Program-made: the position numbers and the translations under genes
NCBI GenBank assembly: GCA_002104945.1
Contig: MCFH01000012.1
Location: 372,001 to 436,000, forward strand
DNA: 64,000 nucleotides
Direction: 5' to 3'
DNA from: Piromyces finnis finn
Taxonomy: Eukaryota > Fungi > Neocallimastigomycota
Shown: in pieces, positions 41,242-56,065 of the stretch
How positions within the stretch are numbered: the stretch's first letter is position 1
How the letters are laid out: each line of letters starts with the position of its first letter
The notes under the pieces: model-generated
The model's input: only the letters and a program-made list of their open reading frames with translations
The model's database searches: none
Told to the model about the DNA's origin: nothing

Positions 41242-44200
41242 ACTGATTTTGTTATTTAACTTTGGATTAAATTTTTAAAAAAATAAATGATAATTTTAAT
41301 ATATATGCTCCCTAAAACATATATATTAAATATAATAATATTATAATTTTTTTTTCTTTAAATTTTTTATTTTTTTTTTATTTTTTTACTTTATGGTTTT
41401 GAATGAATAATAAAAGAAAAAAAAATTAAACTAAATCTTGTTTATTTTATATGTTTTTTTTTTTTTTTTTTTTTAATTACACACAATTAATATATTTATA
41501 TTTAATAAACTTTATTAAATAGTGTTGTTGTTGCTTTTTTACCAACATTACATCGTGGTTAGGCAAATTCTTTTAGCTTAGTAAATTTTATTATTTTCCA
41601 TAAAGATTCAATTTTTAATTTATTTATCTCTATAAATAAATATAATCTAATATATTAGATGTTATAAATCAATACATTTTCCATAAAAAACAATATATTA
41701 TATTATTTAATAATGTAAATTTGTATTCCATATCAATTTCATTTAAATAACAAAAGAAAACAGAAAGATTAAAAATAAATAAATTCATATATTAAAGTAT
41801 AATGTAATATATATAAATTAATTTATTATATAATATAATTTTATATGATAAAAACTCCACTTGATTTTTATTTGTGGAGGAGTCCGAAGGATTGAATTGT
41901 ATCTTTTTTAATTTATTAAAATTTTCCTAATAATAACTAATCTAAGTAAATAAATACTATTTAAATAAATAAATAATTAATATTATTAAATAAATAGTCA
42001 AATAAATAATATTAAATGAATGAATAATTAATAAAATAAATAAATAAATAACCATTTCCCACGCTGTATATAGAGTGAATGAAAAACTATTACACTATGC
42101 AATTTTAATTTTAATGAAATGATGCCAAAGTAATAAATAGGAATAATACTATATAATACTGATTTAGTTACTCCAACTTTTTTTTTTTCCCTTATTTATT
42201 ATCTTTTGATTAAATAAAGAATATTATTCCAAAAGTAAGCTAATATTATATGCAATTAAGTCAACTCTATCCTTTCTTCTTTATCTTCTTCCTTATGATT
42301 AAAATACAGACTTGTTTTCTACATGATTGGTGAAACCAGACCGTTACAACAATTTAATTTATGGTTTTATGTTTAGGCCAGTGTATAAAGTTTAAAAACT
42401 TTAATTATTATTATTTCATATCAAAAACTAAAAAGATAACAATTAAAAGAGCAGTTGCTGTTTTGGTATTTATAATAATAGTAATTACATCGTCCTTTCG
42501 ATGTATATATTTATAAAAAAAGAAAGAGAAAGGATTGCTTTTCTTTAAATAAAGAATTTTTAATAACACTTTTTTACATTTCAAAGAGTTTTTTTTTTTT
42601 TATTTTTACTCTTATTATGGAAATAGGAAATAATAGAAATAGGCGTCTTTTTTTTTCTTTATATCTTATAAAGAACTTTTTTTTTTATATCCCTTATTAT
42701 TCCTTACAATTCACAACAATGAATGTAATTTTAAATAGTTTTATATAATTCATTCTTTTACACATATTTTTTTTTTTTTTGACTTTATATCACACTAAAA
42801 ATAATCGAAAATCTAACCATTATTTTACATTACAAATTTAAAGTTTTTTTTCCCCTTCCTAAAATATTTATTTTTTTATTAGAATAAAAAAAAAAACAAA
42901 ATAATTTTATCGCCTAAAGCTTCCTTAAAAATCGAATAATTGAATAAAGTTTAAAAACTTTTTAGATGGGAACAGATACAATACATCATTCAGAATTATT
43001 ATATAAAAAGAACCAGAATTTCCATTTCATTTATCTATTTTTTTTTAAAAAAAAAGTAGCGAAAAAGACATTTTCTTATTTAATAAAAATAGGTAACTTT
43101 TTTTCTTTTTTTAAAAAAATAAGTAACAATAAAATATATTTTTTAAAATAGGGGAAAAAAAAAAACATCAGCAGCTTCAACATAGCAAAATAATAATAAT
43201 AATAATAAATTAATTCAACCAACTCAATGATAATATTATTCATTCACCATAACAATTTAAAAATAGTAATAACAAACTAAATCCTATTCATTCACCATAA
43301 CACCTTTTAAAAGGACACTTTATTAAAATTGCTGAGTTAAAAAATTGACTAATTTAAAGTTTTCATTTTTAATTATTTTTTAATTATGGTAAATTTAACA
43401 TTTTAATGATAGTAAAAATTAACCAATAAAAATAAAGCATTTTAATATTATGGAAAAGGTAACAAATAATATAAAATCTAAAAATTATTGGTTGAAATCT
43501 GCGAAATTGAAATTTTATTTTTTAAAAAATACAAGGAAATATTTTTTATTATAACTTAAAATTGTAATATATAATTAAAAAGAAAACCATTAAAACTAAA
43601 CACTTTTGAAGAAAGGCATTCTAATGGGACTATTACCAAAACAACAACAACAACAACAACAACAACCAAATCAAGGATTCAATTGCTTGTTTCAATCGTT
43701 ACAATGATACAATCAGTCTTTCATTAGGAAAAATAATATAAAATAAAAAAATATTTAATATGTTTTATAAAATTTATATTAAATTACAACCAATAATATT
43801 AATATATAATTAATTAAAAAGAAATTGATCATTGGTAGGAAATTAGTTTTTAAAGGTGGAAATTCCCTCTTTTCATTTTAATTAAATTTTTCTTTGCTTC
43901 AAAGGTAAGTTTAAAAAATGTTTTTTTTTTAAATGTATAGTAAATTTATTAAAAAAAAAAAAAAGAAATTAAAATGTTATTTAGGCTTTTTTTTATTCTT
44001 TGGAAATTACACCAAAGAATCAATTTTAAATAATCAATATTATAAATGATAAAAAAAAAAAGTAATAACAACACCTACTAAAAATAAATAATTTTTTCTT
44101 AAAAAAAAAAGGTAAGAAATTATTATATTTTATAATGTATATATAAAAATAAAGAAATGTATTTATAAAGAAAAAAAAAGTAATCAAATAGATAAAATAA

Positions 44201-45666
44201 ATAAATACTATAATTATCCATTAAATAAGTATGATTGCAAAATATAGATATATATTTAAATCTAATATATAAATTTAATCAACAAATAGATTTTCTTTTT
44301 CTTTTTTTTTTTTTTTTTATGTTGAATAGAATGGTTTAAAATATAAAATTTATATAAAATGGATTGATTTTAATTTAAATATTACAAGATTTAATCTAAA
44401 AAAAGAAAAACTTTTTTTTAACCCTAAGTAAATTACATTGATGAATAAAAGTAATTTAAGATGGAATGTTTTTTTTTTTAAAAAAAGAATTTAAAAATAA
44501 AAATGTATATTATTGGTGTGGAATAACAATTTTGATGCCATCTGTTTTTAAAATAATTTAATGGGATTATCACAATAAATTTTAAGATTGTAAATTTTCA
44601 AGGGTTTAAAATTTCATTAAATTTTTTATTACACTTCATTCTATAATATTAAAATGAAATGAAATTCCTTTCCTATTTACTTTTGAAATTATTCTACCAA
44701 TGCAAGTGGTTCTTTCCAATAATTAAAGATTAATTGATAGTCGGAATGAAGAACCAAAAATAATAAAAAAAGGATTTCAATTTAATTTAATTTTTAATTT
44801 TGATAATAAAAATTTTACTTTTTTTGTTTTGCGTGTATTCTATTTGTTCTTTCATCCGCAAACTTTATTTTATATAAAAAGATAAAGTATGTTAAAAAAA
44901 AAAATCGGTAAAATGAACCAACCAAAATGAAAAGGAAACCCTTTTCCTTAATTGTGATACTTTCTCAGGAACTAATTAATAGAAAAAAGGAAAAACAGAT
45001 AGTAGGGAAGGATAGATGCTATAAATAAAATAATAGAAATAAAAATAATACTATTAATAGATTCATACTGCTTCTTTTACAATAGAGTAGGTGTAACACT
45101 ATTTTCATTGCATATAAATGGAAAAATACTACTACGTATAATAATAACATTATTTTCATTAAAATTGTAATAGCTGAATAATTAAATCATAAATAATTAT
45201 TGAATTGTAATACCATTAAATATAATTATAATTATTGAAAAAAATCAAATTGATTACACATAAAATACAAGAAAAAAATAAAAAAGATTTCTTTGTAATT
45301 GTTTCTTTTCCTGATTTATAAAATGCTATATGAAAATAAATATAATATTCTAAATTTATATATTAATTAAAATTAATGAATGAATATTCTTAAATGAAGT
45401 TTTAATAATAAAAATAGATAAAATAGTATAGAATTTTTCCCAGTTTTTTTTTTTTTTTTTTTTTTTAAAAAAAAAATATAAATTTTAGCATAATAATTAA
45501 TAATATTTTTATTATCATTACTATTATCGTTTATTGTTATTAATGAATATTTATTAATAATAATTATAGATATATTTTAGAATAAAAAAAAAAAAAAAAG
45601 GTAGTTTACATGATAACTTTTAAATTAAAACTTTATGAAAAATTAAAAAAAAAAAAGAAAAATAAT

Positions 45667-46440
45667 TTAATTTTTCTTTTCAATTTCAATAAAACCTTGT
45701 TGTTTTAATAATTCATAATCATTATTATATCTACCAGAATTGTAGGAGGCTGTATATAATTGATAAAGTCTTTTAGACCATGTTGTATCACGTTCATTAG
45801 AATTTCTTTCAGCAACATACTTTTTATATTGTTCATCATAACTATCAATATTAGAAGAAAGTTTACTGGTGTCATATTCTTCTTGGAAACACATGGCTTG
45901 TGAAGGTAATCTTGGTTTAATTCCTGGTTCTTCCTCTGGATAACCAACACATAAACCAATCATTGGAATGACATATTTTGGTAATTTTAATTCTTTAATG
46001 ACTTCAAGAGATTGAGAACGAATGGTACCAATTGGAACAGTACCAAGTCCCATAGATTCAGCAGCTACAATAGCATTATCTAATGCAATACCAACATCAT
46101 GGGCACCAACCATAACAATATCTAATTGACTAATATATTTTTCAGCAAATTCTTTGTCCCCTACTTTTTCAAAAGCAAGAGATGCACGATAATAATCAGC
46201 ACAAAAAACTAAAAATGCAGAACAAGATGCTATATAAGGTTGATTTAAATTTAATTTTGCAAGTCTTTCTTTTCTTTTTTGGTCTCTAACAACAATAATA
46301 CTAACTTGTTGTCCATTACACCAATTTGGAGCGGCTTGAGCGGCTTTAATAATAAGATCTAGTTTTTCATCTTCAATAGGTTGATTTTTATATTTACGAA
46401 TTGATTGATGTTTTAAAAGACTTTCAATCACTGGATTCAT
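45667..46440 (-). CDS. NfsA/Frp-family NADPH-dependent nitroreductase / flavin reductase (intronless, bacterial type)
   Basis: HQSIRKY, AAQAAPNWCNGQQVSIIVV, FLVFCADYYR, AAESMGLGTVPIG and GLCVGYP..KPRLP. The likely start is the MNPVIESL ATG at 46440. Confidence 0.92.
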   Translation of the reverse strand: MNPVIESLLKHQSIRKYKNQPIEDEKLDLIIKAAQAAPNWCNGQQVSIIVVRDQKRKERLAKLNLNQPYIASCSAFLVFCADYYRASLAFEKVGDKEFAEKYISQLDIVMVGAHDVGIALDNAIVAAESMGLGTVPIGTIRSQSLEVIKELKLPKYVIPMIGLCVGYPEEEPGIKPRLPSQAMCFQEEYDTSKLSSNIDSYDEQYKKYVAERNSNERDTTWSKRLYQLYTASYNSGRYNNDYELLKQQGFIEIEKKN

Positions 46441-47186
46441 ATTAATTATTATTATTTTTTTTTTTTTTAAACTATTCAATTATAATAATTATTTTATTTC
46501 TGCTTTTTTATTGGTATTAATTTATTTTTTTAATTATTATAAAATTTCATATTTCTAAATATAGAAATTTATTCATTTATTAAATGGAAGAAGAAGAAGA
46601 AAAAAAAAAGAAACTTTTAAATAATAAAAAGACAAACCATTTTTTATCTATTGTTTGGTATTGATAGATTTTTTTTATTATTTAACTTATCTATTATTTG
46701 GTTTATTATATTGGCGTTGTTATTTATCCAAGTATATGGTAATATTGCTAAATTTACATATGTTCTGAACTATCTTTTATTGAAAAAGTATTTTAAATAA
46801 AAGATAAAACTAACATTATAACCCTTTGAATATAAATATTTATAAAATGTAAAATGTAAAATGTAAAATGTAAAATGTAATTAAAATTTAAAGATTAAAA
46901 ATTTAAGATTTTTTATTTATTATTACTTTTAATTTATAATTTTTGAAAGAATAATAAAATGGACATTAGTTTTAACAAAAAAAAAAAAAAAAAAAAAAAC
47001 CCTAATATATATATAAATGTATATATAGTTTTATTAAAATAGCTACTTATAAAGATTATTATAAATACTCTCACTTTATGACATTATTGAAAATAAGATA
47101 AACTTCATATTATTACTTATTTAGAGAGTTTTAATTCTTTAAAATTTCAGTGCCGAGCCGAAATATGGAATTTCAAGATTTTTTAA

Positions 47187-49334
47187 ATTTTATGCAAGTA
47201 CAAAACCAAAAATCCTCGTCGACAACAACAACAACAACAAAATGAAAATCAATTTCTTGAAAAACATCAATCAACAGAAAAAGAAGGTTTAGAAGAACCA
47301 CTTGGAAATGAAAATAGAAATACTATTTTGAGTGAACGCCAACTAAATGAAGAACATAATTCAGAAAGATTACAACAACACCAACAAAAACAACAACAGA
47401 ATGAAAAACAAGATTCAGAAGAATTATTACAACAGCAACAACAAAATGAAAATCTGATGCTTGAAGAATCTCAATCAACAAAAAAAGAAGTTTTAGAAGA
47501 ACAACCTGGAAATGAAAATGCTACTTTGAATAAATATCAACGAAATGAAGGCTCAGATTCGACAAGCCAAAAAAAAGTAGAATTAAATAAAGAATTAATG
47601 ATAGATCAAGAAAATAAATGTGAAGAAAAAACTTTATTACATGATGCTTGTCTTTCAAAAGAGGAAAATATTAACAATATCAAATTTTTAGTTGAAGAAA
47701 AAGAAATAAATATTAATTCAATAGATAAAAATGGTTGTACTGCTTTAATGTATGCATTAAAAAATGGACATAATGCCACTGCGAAATACCTAATGGAAAA
47801 TGAAGAGAATACATGTATTAAAGATAAGAATGGAAACACATTATTATTATTATATTATGCTTGTCTATCAAAAAAAATTAATAAAGACGCAATTAGATAT
47901 ATAGTTGAAAAATTAAAAGTAGATATAAATTCCCAAGATAAGTTTGGAATGACGCCTTTGATGTATGCTGTTCAAAATCAAAATCAAGATATAGTAAAAT
48001 ATTTAATAGAAAGAAAACCAGATATAGATATAATAGATAACGATGGATGGTCATATTTACATTACGCTTGTAAATATGGACTTGAAGATCTTATTAAATA
48101 TTTAATTAAAAATCTCAAAATATAGATGGGATGACACCTTTGATGTGTGCTATTCAAAATAAAATTAAAGATATAGTAAATTATTTAAGAGAAAAACTAG
48201 ATATGCTAGATATGAGTATAATAGATAACGATGGATAGTCATATTTACATTACGCTTGGGAATATGGATTTGAAGATCTTGTTGTATATTTAAGTAGAAA
48301 AATAGCTGTTGATATAAATTCTCAAAACAAGGATGGTGAGACACCTTTGATACTAGCTATTCAAAGTGGAAATAAAAATACAGTAAAATATTTAATAGAA
48401 AGAAAACCAGATATAAATTTAAGTTTAACAGATTATAATGAATTAACCTATTTACATTACGCTTGTAAATATGGACTCGAAGATCTTGTAAAATATTTGA
48501 TTGAAGAAAAATCTATGGATATAAATTCTCAAGATAAGTATGGAATGGCACTTTTGATGTATGCTATTGGAAGTAAAAACGAAAATGTAGCAAAATATTT
48601 AATAGAAAGAAAATCTGATATAGATATAAAAGATGAAAATAGATGGTCATGTTTACATTACGCTTGTAAATATAGACTTGAAGATCTTGTAAAATATTTA
48701 ATTGAAGAAAAATCTATGGATATAAATTCTCAAGATAAGTATGGAATGACACTTTTGATGTATGTTATTCAAAGAAAAGATCAAAATATGATAAAATATT
48801 TAATAGAAAGAAAACCAGATATAGATATAATAGATAACGATGGATGGTCATATTTACATTACGCTTGTAAATATGGATTTGAAGATCTTGTAAAATACTT
48901 AATCGTAAATAATATATTAAAACAAAATTCATCATTCATAGATGCTTATACTCACCAAAGATTTACACCATTTCGTTTAGCAATTGATAATAACAATGAA
49001 AATATTGTAAAACTATTAATAAACCATGGTGCTAATATAACTATTAAAACAGGTTATTACTATTATGATTCAAAAACTTGTTTAAATTGTATCTTTTCTT
49101 ATAAAAATAAAGAATTTAATAGATAAAAATAGGATAGATGTGAATCTACAAGATATTGATGGATGTACACCTTTACATTATGTAATGATGGCGGGATATG
49201 AAAATATGGCTATATATTTGAAGAACAAAGGTGCAAAAATAAATATTAAAAATAGAAAAGGTGAAACACCTTTGCTTTTAGCACTTCATTATAGATATGC
49301 AAAAGTCATAAATAACTTTATGTGTAATAATTAA
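47187..49334 (+). pseudogene. Ankyrin-repeat gene with internal frameshift and stops
   Basis: Gln/Glu-rich N-terminus, then repeated LHYACKYG.EDL.KYLIE units at about 201-bp spacing. The unit at 48084-48272 has a deletion and a TGG>TAG change; there is another stop at 49126. Confidence 0.75.
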
Positions 49335-49449
49335 TAGGACGAAATATATTTACTTTTACATATTAATATTAAATATCTATAGTATTTTATATTATATAAA
49401 ATAACAATAAATATTTATTGAAAAATATATTAATAAAGAAATATTATTA

Positions 49450-49480
<31 letters not shown>

Positions 49481-51099
49481 CTATTTTAGTTTACTCTTTT
49501 ATTAATCCATTTTATATATTCTTTTTTGAAATAAGGTTTATTATTATTTAATATATTTATATATAAATAAAATATAAATATTATCTGTATTATTAATTTT
49601 TTATTATTTCTTCTTTTTGGTATTATATGTTTATTAAAGCGTTATTTCTACTTTTTTATAATATTTTTTTAGAAAAAAGATTATACAAAAATGAAATATT
49701 GCTATTAACCTCAAAGTATAAAATCAAAATTTTAAATATTTAAATATTAATAGATTAATAATTATTGTTAATTTTATACTATGAAAAAAATACTTGTAAC
49801 TAATAAATTTTAGTTATTTTGTATGTGTTTTTTAATTATTATTACTATATAAAGTATAATTAATATTATGAGAAAGAAAAAGAGTTAAATTTTATAATGA
49901 CTCTAACTAATTTAATAACCTTTTTTAATTTCCTTACTGCTCTTTAATCAAATTCATTATGATAAGTTTTTCATAAATATTACTAATTTTTTATATTTAC
50001 AATAATACAATACAATTATTGAAAATGTAATTAAAATGTATTAAATGTATTATACTTTAAAAAACAATAATAAATATATTATTATTATTAATATAAATAT
50101 TGTGTAACATTTCATAGATTTAATTTAATTTTTTTTTTGTGTATATTCTCTAAATTTCTTTTTTTTTTTTGTATGAAGCATTTTAAAAAATATTGTTATT
50201 TTGAATAACTTATCAAATGTCACTTTATTGGTGAATGCATCTTTAAAGCAATATTTCAATATTTTTATTAATAAATATAATAGTTTAAAGACAGGTTATA
50301 GAGAAATATAAGTAAAAAAAAAAAGATATTTTCCATGATTTGCAATTTGGTGAAATTCTTTCCAAAAAAATTTTTCTATCTGTTTTATATTTAATATTAT
50401 TTTATATATTATAATATATTATTAAATTAAATGGAAACATTTATTTTTTTAATCCAAACATTTTTAATTAATTCATTTAAATAATATTATTAAATAAAGT
50501 TCAATATCATTTTCAAAATTATATTTATTAAAGTTTTTAATCTTTTTTTTTTTATTATAATTATATTTGTGTAATACAAAAAAAATTTAAGTTTTTTTTT
50601 TAAAGTAAAAAGAAAACATAAAAAATTTCCAAAAAAAAAAAAACAAAAGTAAAAAGATCAAAAGATAAAGAAAAATAATAATAAGAAGAAGAATATTTTT
50701 TGCTAATTATATATATATAAAGATAAATATAACTATAGTTTGCAAATCAAATAGAAAGTTAATGTTATTAGTTTTTGATTAAAATTTCAATAAAAAAAAA
50801 AAGTGAATAAAAATGAATTGATATTATTCAAAATAAAATAAAATAAAATAATTAATACAACAACAACAACAACAGCAACAATAACAACAGTAATCATAAT
50901 AAAATAATAAAAATAATAAATAATAATAAGTGTAGTAATTATAATAAATAATAATAGATGTAAAGTATATTAATCTATATTATACTTAAAAAAATAAATA
51001 GATATGAGTAATTAAAAATGTTTTTATTTATAACATTATTGAACAAAATAAACAATTAGCATTATTTATTAGAATATAATTTATTTTTTATATATTAAA

Positions 51100-53163
51100 A
51101 TGGAAAACTTCTTATCACTATATCAATTTATATATATATTCATATTATTCTTATTATTTACTTTTGTTGAAGGAAAAGATAATGTAATTAAAATCTTAAT
51201 TAAAAAACCAGATAAAATAGAATCATCATATATTTATGAAAAGCAAGAAATAATAAAGCAAAAATATAGAGAATTGACTCAAAATGATGAAGATCTTAAA
51301 AATTCACAATTAGAATTTATTTTTTGCCCAGGATCAGATACTGAAAAATCAAATTTCTATCAAGATTTATTTTTGAAAGATAAAGAATATAAAAATTATT
51401 TAAATTGCATTTCAGAACATATAAAAAACTCCAGTTGTGACTTATTGATTCTAGATGATAAATTTATATTTGGTGACATTGCTCAAATAGAAAATTATGC
51501 AATAAATAGACTATTTGGATATAAAAAAGTACATAGTAATTTCTTAGAGTTAAATAAATATATTAATCATAAAGATAGAGATATTTCTTTTCATGATAAA
51601 AGAATATTAGGTGAAGGAAGTTATAAGGGTAAAATTTACGGATTACCATTTGAAGTTGACTTTGATGTAATTTATTTTCATAATGACTCAACATATTTGA
51701 ATAATTTACCAAAGGAATTAATAAAATGGGAAAACTTATTGGATATTGAAAAATTCAAGAATGAAACAATATTTCAGAATGAAACAATATTTCAATATCA
51801 ATTAAATAATAGCTATTATAAAAGCCCTTTTAGTATAGCATTAGGTGATAATGATGAATTATTAAGCATTTTTACTGAATTTACTGGTTATGAATATGGT
51901 AAAGGTTCTGTTACAAATCCAGAAATTAAAATAACAGATTTATTATCTTCTGAGCAACATTTTTTTAATTTTAAAGAATTTATTATGCGATCTACAGGTG
52001 CAAGCCAAGAAAAATTAAATGAAATTTTGAATATTCATGCAGATAATGCATATAATTTATTTAAAGAAAGAAATAATCCTCTATATATAGGAAAGGCTTC
52101 TTATAACAAACGTATTTTTGAAAATAATAATGATAATGTATCAGCGCTATTGTTACCAATGGGTGTAACTGTAGTGACAGAAAAATTTGTAATTGTCAAT
52201 AATAAAAGCAATATAGACAAAGAGATATTAGCAAAAGTAGCTTTTAAACTGGCATCAAAAGAAATGCAATATTACAAAGCTGAAAAACTGGGTTGTATAC
52301 CAACTAATGTTAAATTTCAGAGTAATTATAATAATGCCCGTAATAGACAAGATGATTTTTTTATAGATTGTCCAATTAATAATACAACGTTTTGTAATAC
52401 AATAAAAAATATATATCCTATTAGTATTAAAAACAAATTCTTTAATGAAGCGTCTAGCTCAAGTATTATGGAGGTGAGAGATATTCTTCCACATGCTTTG
52501 CGATTATTTCTAATTAGTGGTGAGGCAAAGGCAATCGTAGAAACTTTTAAGAATAATATTGTCTTAAACACCTATAGTAATAATTATATGGAAACACCAT
52601 TTATCATCTTGTATAGTACTTTAATTGTCTTTGTTTTATTATCAATAGTTGTCATGTTATTTGTTTATAAATATAGAAAACATCCTTATTTGAAAATGAT
52701 TTCTCCTTGTATTTGCATATTAGCTATTTTAGGATTAGTATCTAATACTGTTTCTCTTCCATTTTATGGTCAATTCTCATCTTACACTATGTGCAAGGTG
52801 TGCTTTGTTTTGGGTATTATTATTAGAGATTTAATTTTTTTACCAATGTTTGTCATTATATATAGAATTTACTATATTTATTCAAATGAATCAAGAGTAA
52901 ATTTTGGTAAGAAATTGAATGATAAACGTTTATTTTCGTATATAGGAATCATAATGTTTGTTAATGTATCCATTGGTATTATCCTTGTAGTATTTAAGGA
53001 TTTCTATGTTATTAATATAAATTGTAATCATCGTCGTTATTTCAGAGGTGAATTTGAAGGTTCTATATACTATAGTTATATATATGTTGTATATTATTTC
53101 TTTATTGTAAGTAAAAGTTAAAAAAAATTAATATATATAAATTTATTTGTTTATAAACCATAC

Positions 53164-53237
<74 letters not shown>

Positions 53238-53834
53238 TATATATATATATTTATGATCTATTTATGGATTTCAAATATATGATAATAAAATTTTGTATAT
53301 ATCTACCAGTCCCTAAGTTCCATAGTAATGATATTTAAAACAGGGAAAGCTTCCAAAAAGTATGATGAGTTTAAACTTATGTATGTTATCATTGTTCTTT
53401 CGATATTATCAATTATCATGGAATGGAATTGTTTTACTTTACCAGCTAGGAATTTTTCAATATATTTTTCAATAGTTTGCTTTATATATATGTTTTGTTG
53501 TATATTTTGTATTTATCTTTTAGTAGGTTCAAGATTAATATATGCTATTAAACATACAAATACAAAAGACAATGATAATACTTTTAATAATGACTATTTT
53601 AATTCAATTGATATTGCTGATTTTATACCAAAACAAAAAAATCAGAGAATTCTCTTTTCATATGGTAAAAAAAATGCTAATAATAATATCAATAATTATT
53701 CAAATTCAGTATCAACAGTTGGTGGTAATGACTTTTTACTTAATAATTCTAATAATTATTTCTTTAATCAAGATTTGGCATTGTTTTGTAAATCCGAAAA
53801 CTCAAAAATAAATTTAATTGATAATATGAAATAA
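51100..53834 (+). CDS. Class C-like GPCR with bacterial-type solute-binding ectodomain; join(51100..53106,53310..53834)
   Basis: Signal peptide, SBP-like YKGKIYGLPFEVDFDVIYFH, TM1 followed by YKYRKHPYLKMISP (7TM_3-like), further TM segments, an in-phase GT-AG intron and an Asn-rich tail. Confidence 0.8.
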
Positions 53835-54459
53835 TAATAAGGATAGCAACAACAATAACTACAAGAAAAATAATAAATAATACTAAGAATTTATTTATTT
53901 TATTTATTTATTTATTTTTTTTTTTTTAATTAATAAGCCATTTTAATAGGATAAAATACCCTTAAAATATTATATAGTTGTATTATCATACAATTCTATA
54001 TAAAAAAAATCCCATATATATATATAAAATAAAATAATAAAAATAATTTTTTAATAAAATAGATAAAATAAAAGTATAAACTTTTATATGAAATAAATTA
54101 TATTTCATTTTGTAATTTTTTTTTTTTTTAAAACAAAACAAAACAAAAAACAAAAAACTTTTATGTATTGATAGAAAATAAGATATTTTTTATGAAAATT
54201 CATATTTATTATAATGATAAAGAAATAGTAAATGACAATGAAATTTTTAGATGATTGTTGGATAGTTAAAAAATCTTTTCGGTTTATTTTATGTTTGAAA
54301 CATTATTAATAAATTATAATATGTATTAAATTATATGTACTTAATTTTATTGCTTTTTTGAAAAGAAAGAATGTATATAGAGTTTTATGATGATTAGGGT
54401 TTTGTATTATATAACATGTTTTGAAAAAAAAAAAAAAAGGAAATAAATAAATAAAAAAA

Positions 54460-56007
54460 TTATTTAATAACTATTTTGATGGCCACAGGGTATTTAATTT
54501 TTGTTTTATTTTTTTCTACTTTCGATAGAGTATATATTGTATATAATTTATTTATAAAAAGGTAATAAAGGATAACAGATGTATTAATTGTGTTTCCAAC
54601 ACAACCAAATACATCTTGAGCTAAAATTGAAATATCATCATTTTCACTAATTACTTTAATCATTGCCTTTGTGAGAACATAAATGTATACTGGTATATTA
54701 AGATTCTATCATTATAATATAAACATTAAAAGAAAAAATTATTATTATTATGTAATTTATGTAATCATTATATATATAAGATGCCTAAGATGATATATGT
54801 ATATATTTAGGATTACCTCTTTAAAATTTCTTTTAACATTTCTTGTTAAATAAGATAGAATGCATCCAAAGGATAGTATAACAAATTTTAATAGCATACT
54901 GAATAATAATAATAATAATAATAATTAGAAAAATGGATATTAAAGCATAAATATATTATATAATTAATGAAATTTTTTTTAAATAATTTAATTGATAATC
55001 AATTATTAAATTACCATAATGATATAAATTTGGAATAGACACATTTTCTAAATTCTTTAAAGTCGCTTGATATCGATAATTTATTATCAATCCAATTATT
55101 CTTTATGTCTATTATTAACATGATTATATAGAATAACACTAGTGAAAATATAATTGCATACATCGTTTTTTTTTTTAGAGCTAATTGATAATTTAATTTG
55201 GTATAAAAACTTTTTTTTTTTTTTTTTAAATTTTGATAAATAATAAACAATAATAAAATTATTAAAAGAATGAATTATTAAGTTATCATTTATTTGATAT
55301 TGAATTTATAAAAGTAATTACATTTTATATATTCTCAATGTTTTAACAAGAATTGATCCAAAGACTAGAGAAAATCCCTAATCAATTTATATTGATATAA
55401 AAAAAAAAAAAAACAATGTTAATAAATATATAAACATAAATTTCTTCATTATATATTAATTTACTCATTTTTTATAATTACAATATAATCGAATAAATAA
55501 CTAAGTATACAGGTAATTTTCGTTCTTTCAATCGTTAAAAGATATATATATCCACAATTATTTAATATTCCAACAAGTATTAATAACAGAAAATCAACAC
55601 CTCCTATATTTCCAAAAATATGAAATTTAAAGTATATATAATTATTTCATTAAATATTTCATTGTCTTTTTACTACTACTACTATTACTATTACTATTAC
55701 TATTACTATTACTATTACTATTACTATTACTATTACTATTACTATTACTATTACTATTACTATTACTATTACTATTACTATTACTATTACTATTACTATT
55801 ACTATTACTATTACTATTACTATTACTATTACTATTACTATTACTATTACTATTACTATTACTATTACTATTACTATTACTATTACTATTACTATTACTA
55901 TTACTATTACTATTACTATTACTATTACTATTACTATTACTATTACTATTACTATTACTATTACTATTACCGATTGCTATTACTATTACTATTACTATTA
56001 CTTTGAC

Positions 56008-56065
<58 letters not shown>

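Noticed and set aside
43150-44100. Short Gln-rich ORF with splice-like signals between FeoAB and the nitroreductase
   Set aside because: There is no sustained reading frame or recognisable motif.
33773-46440. Bacterial contamination as the source of the intronless genes
   Set aside because: The flanks show the same poly-A/T and microsatellite texture as the rest of the window, with no operon spacing or Shine-Dalgarno sequences. Read-level confirmation is still advisable.
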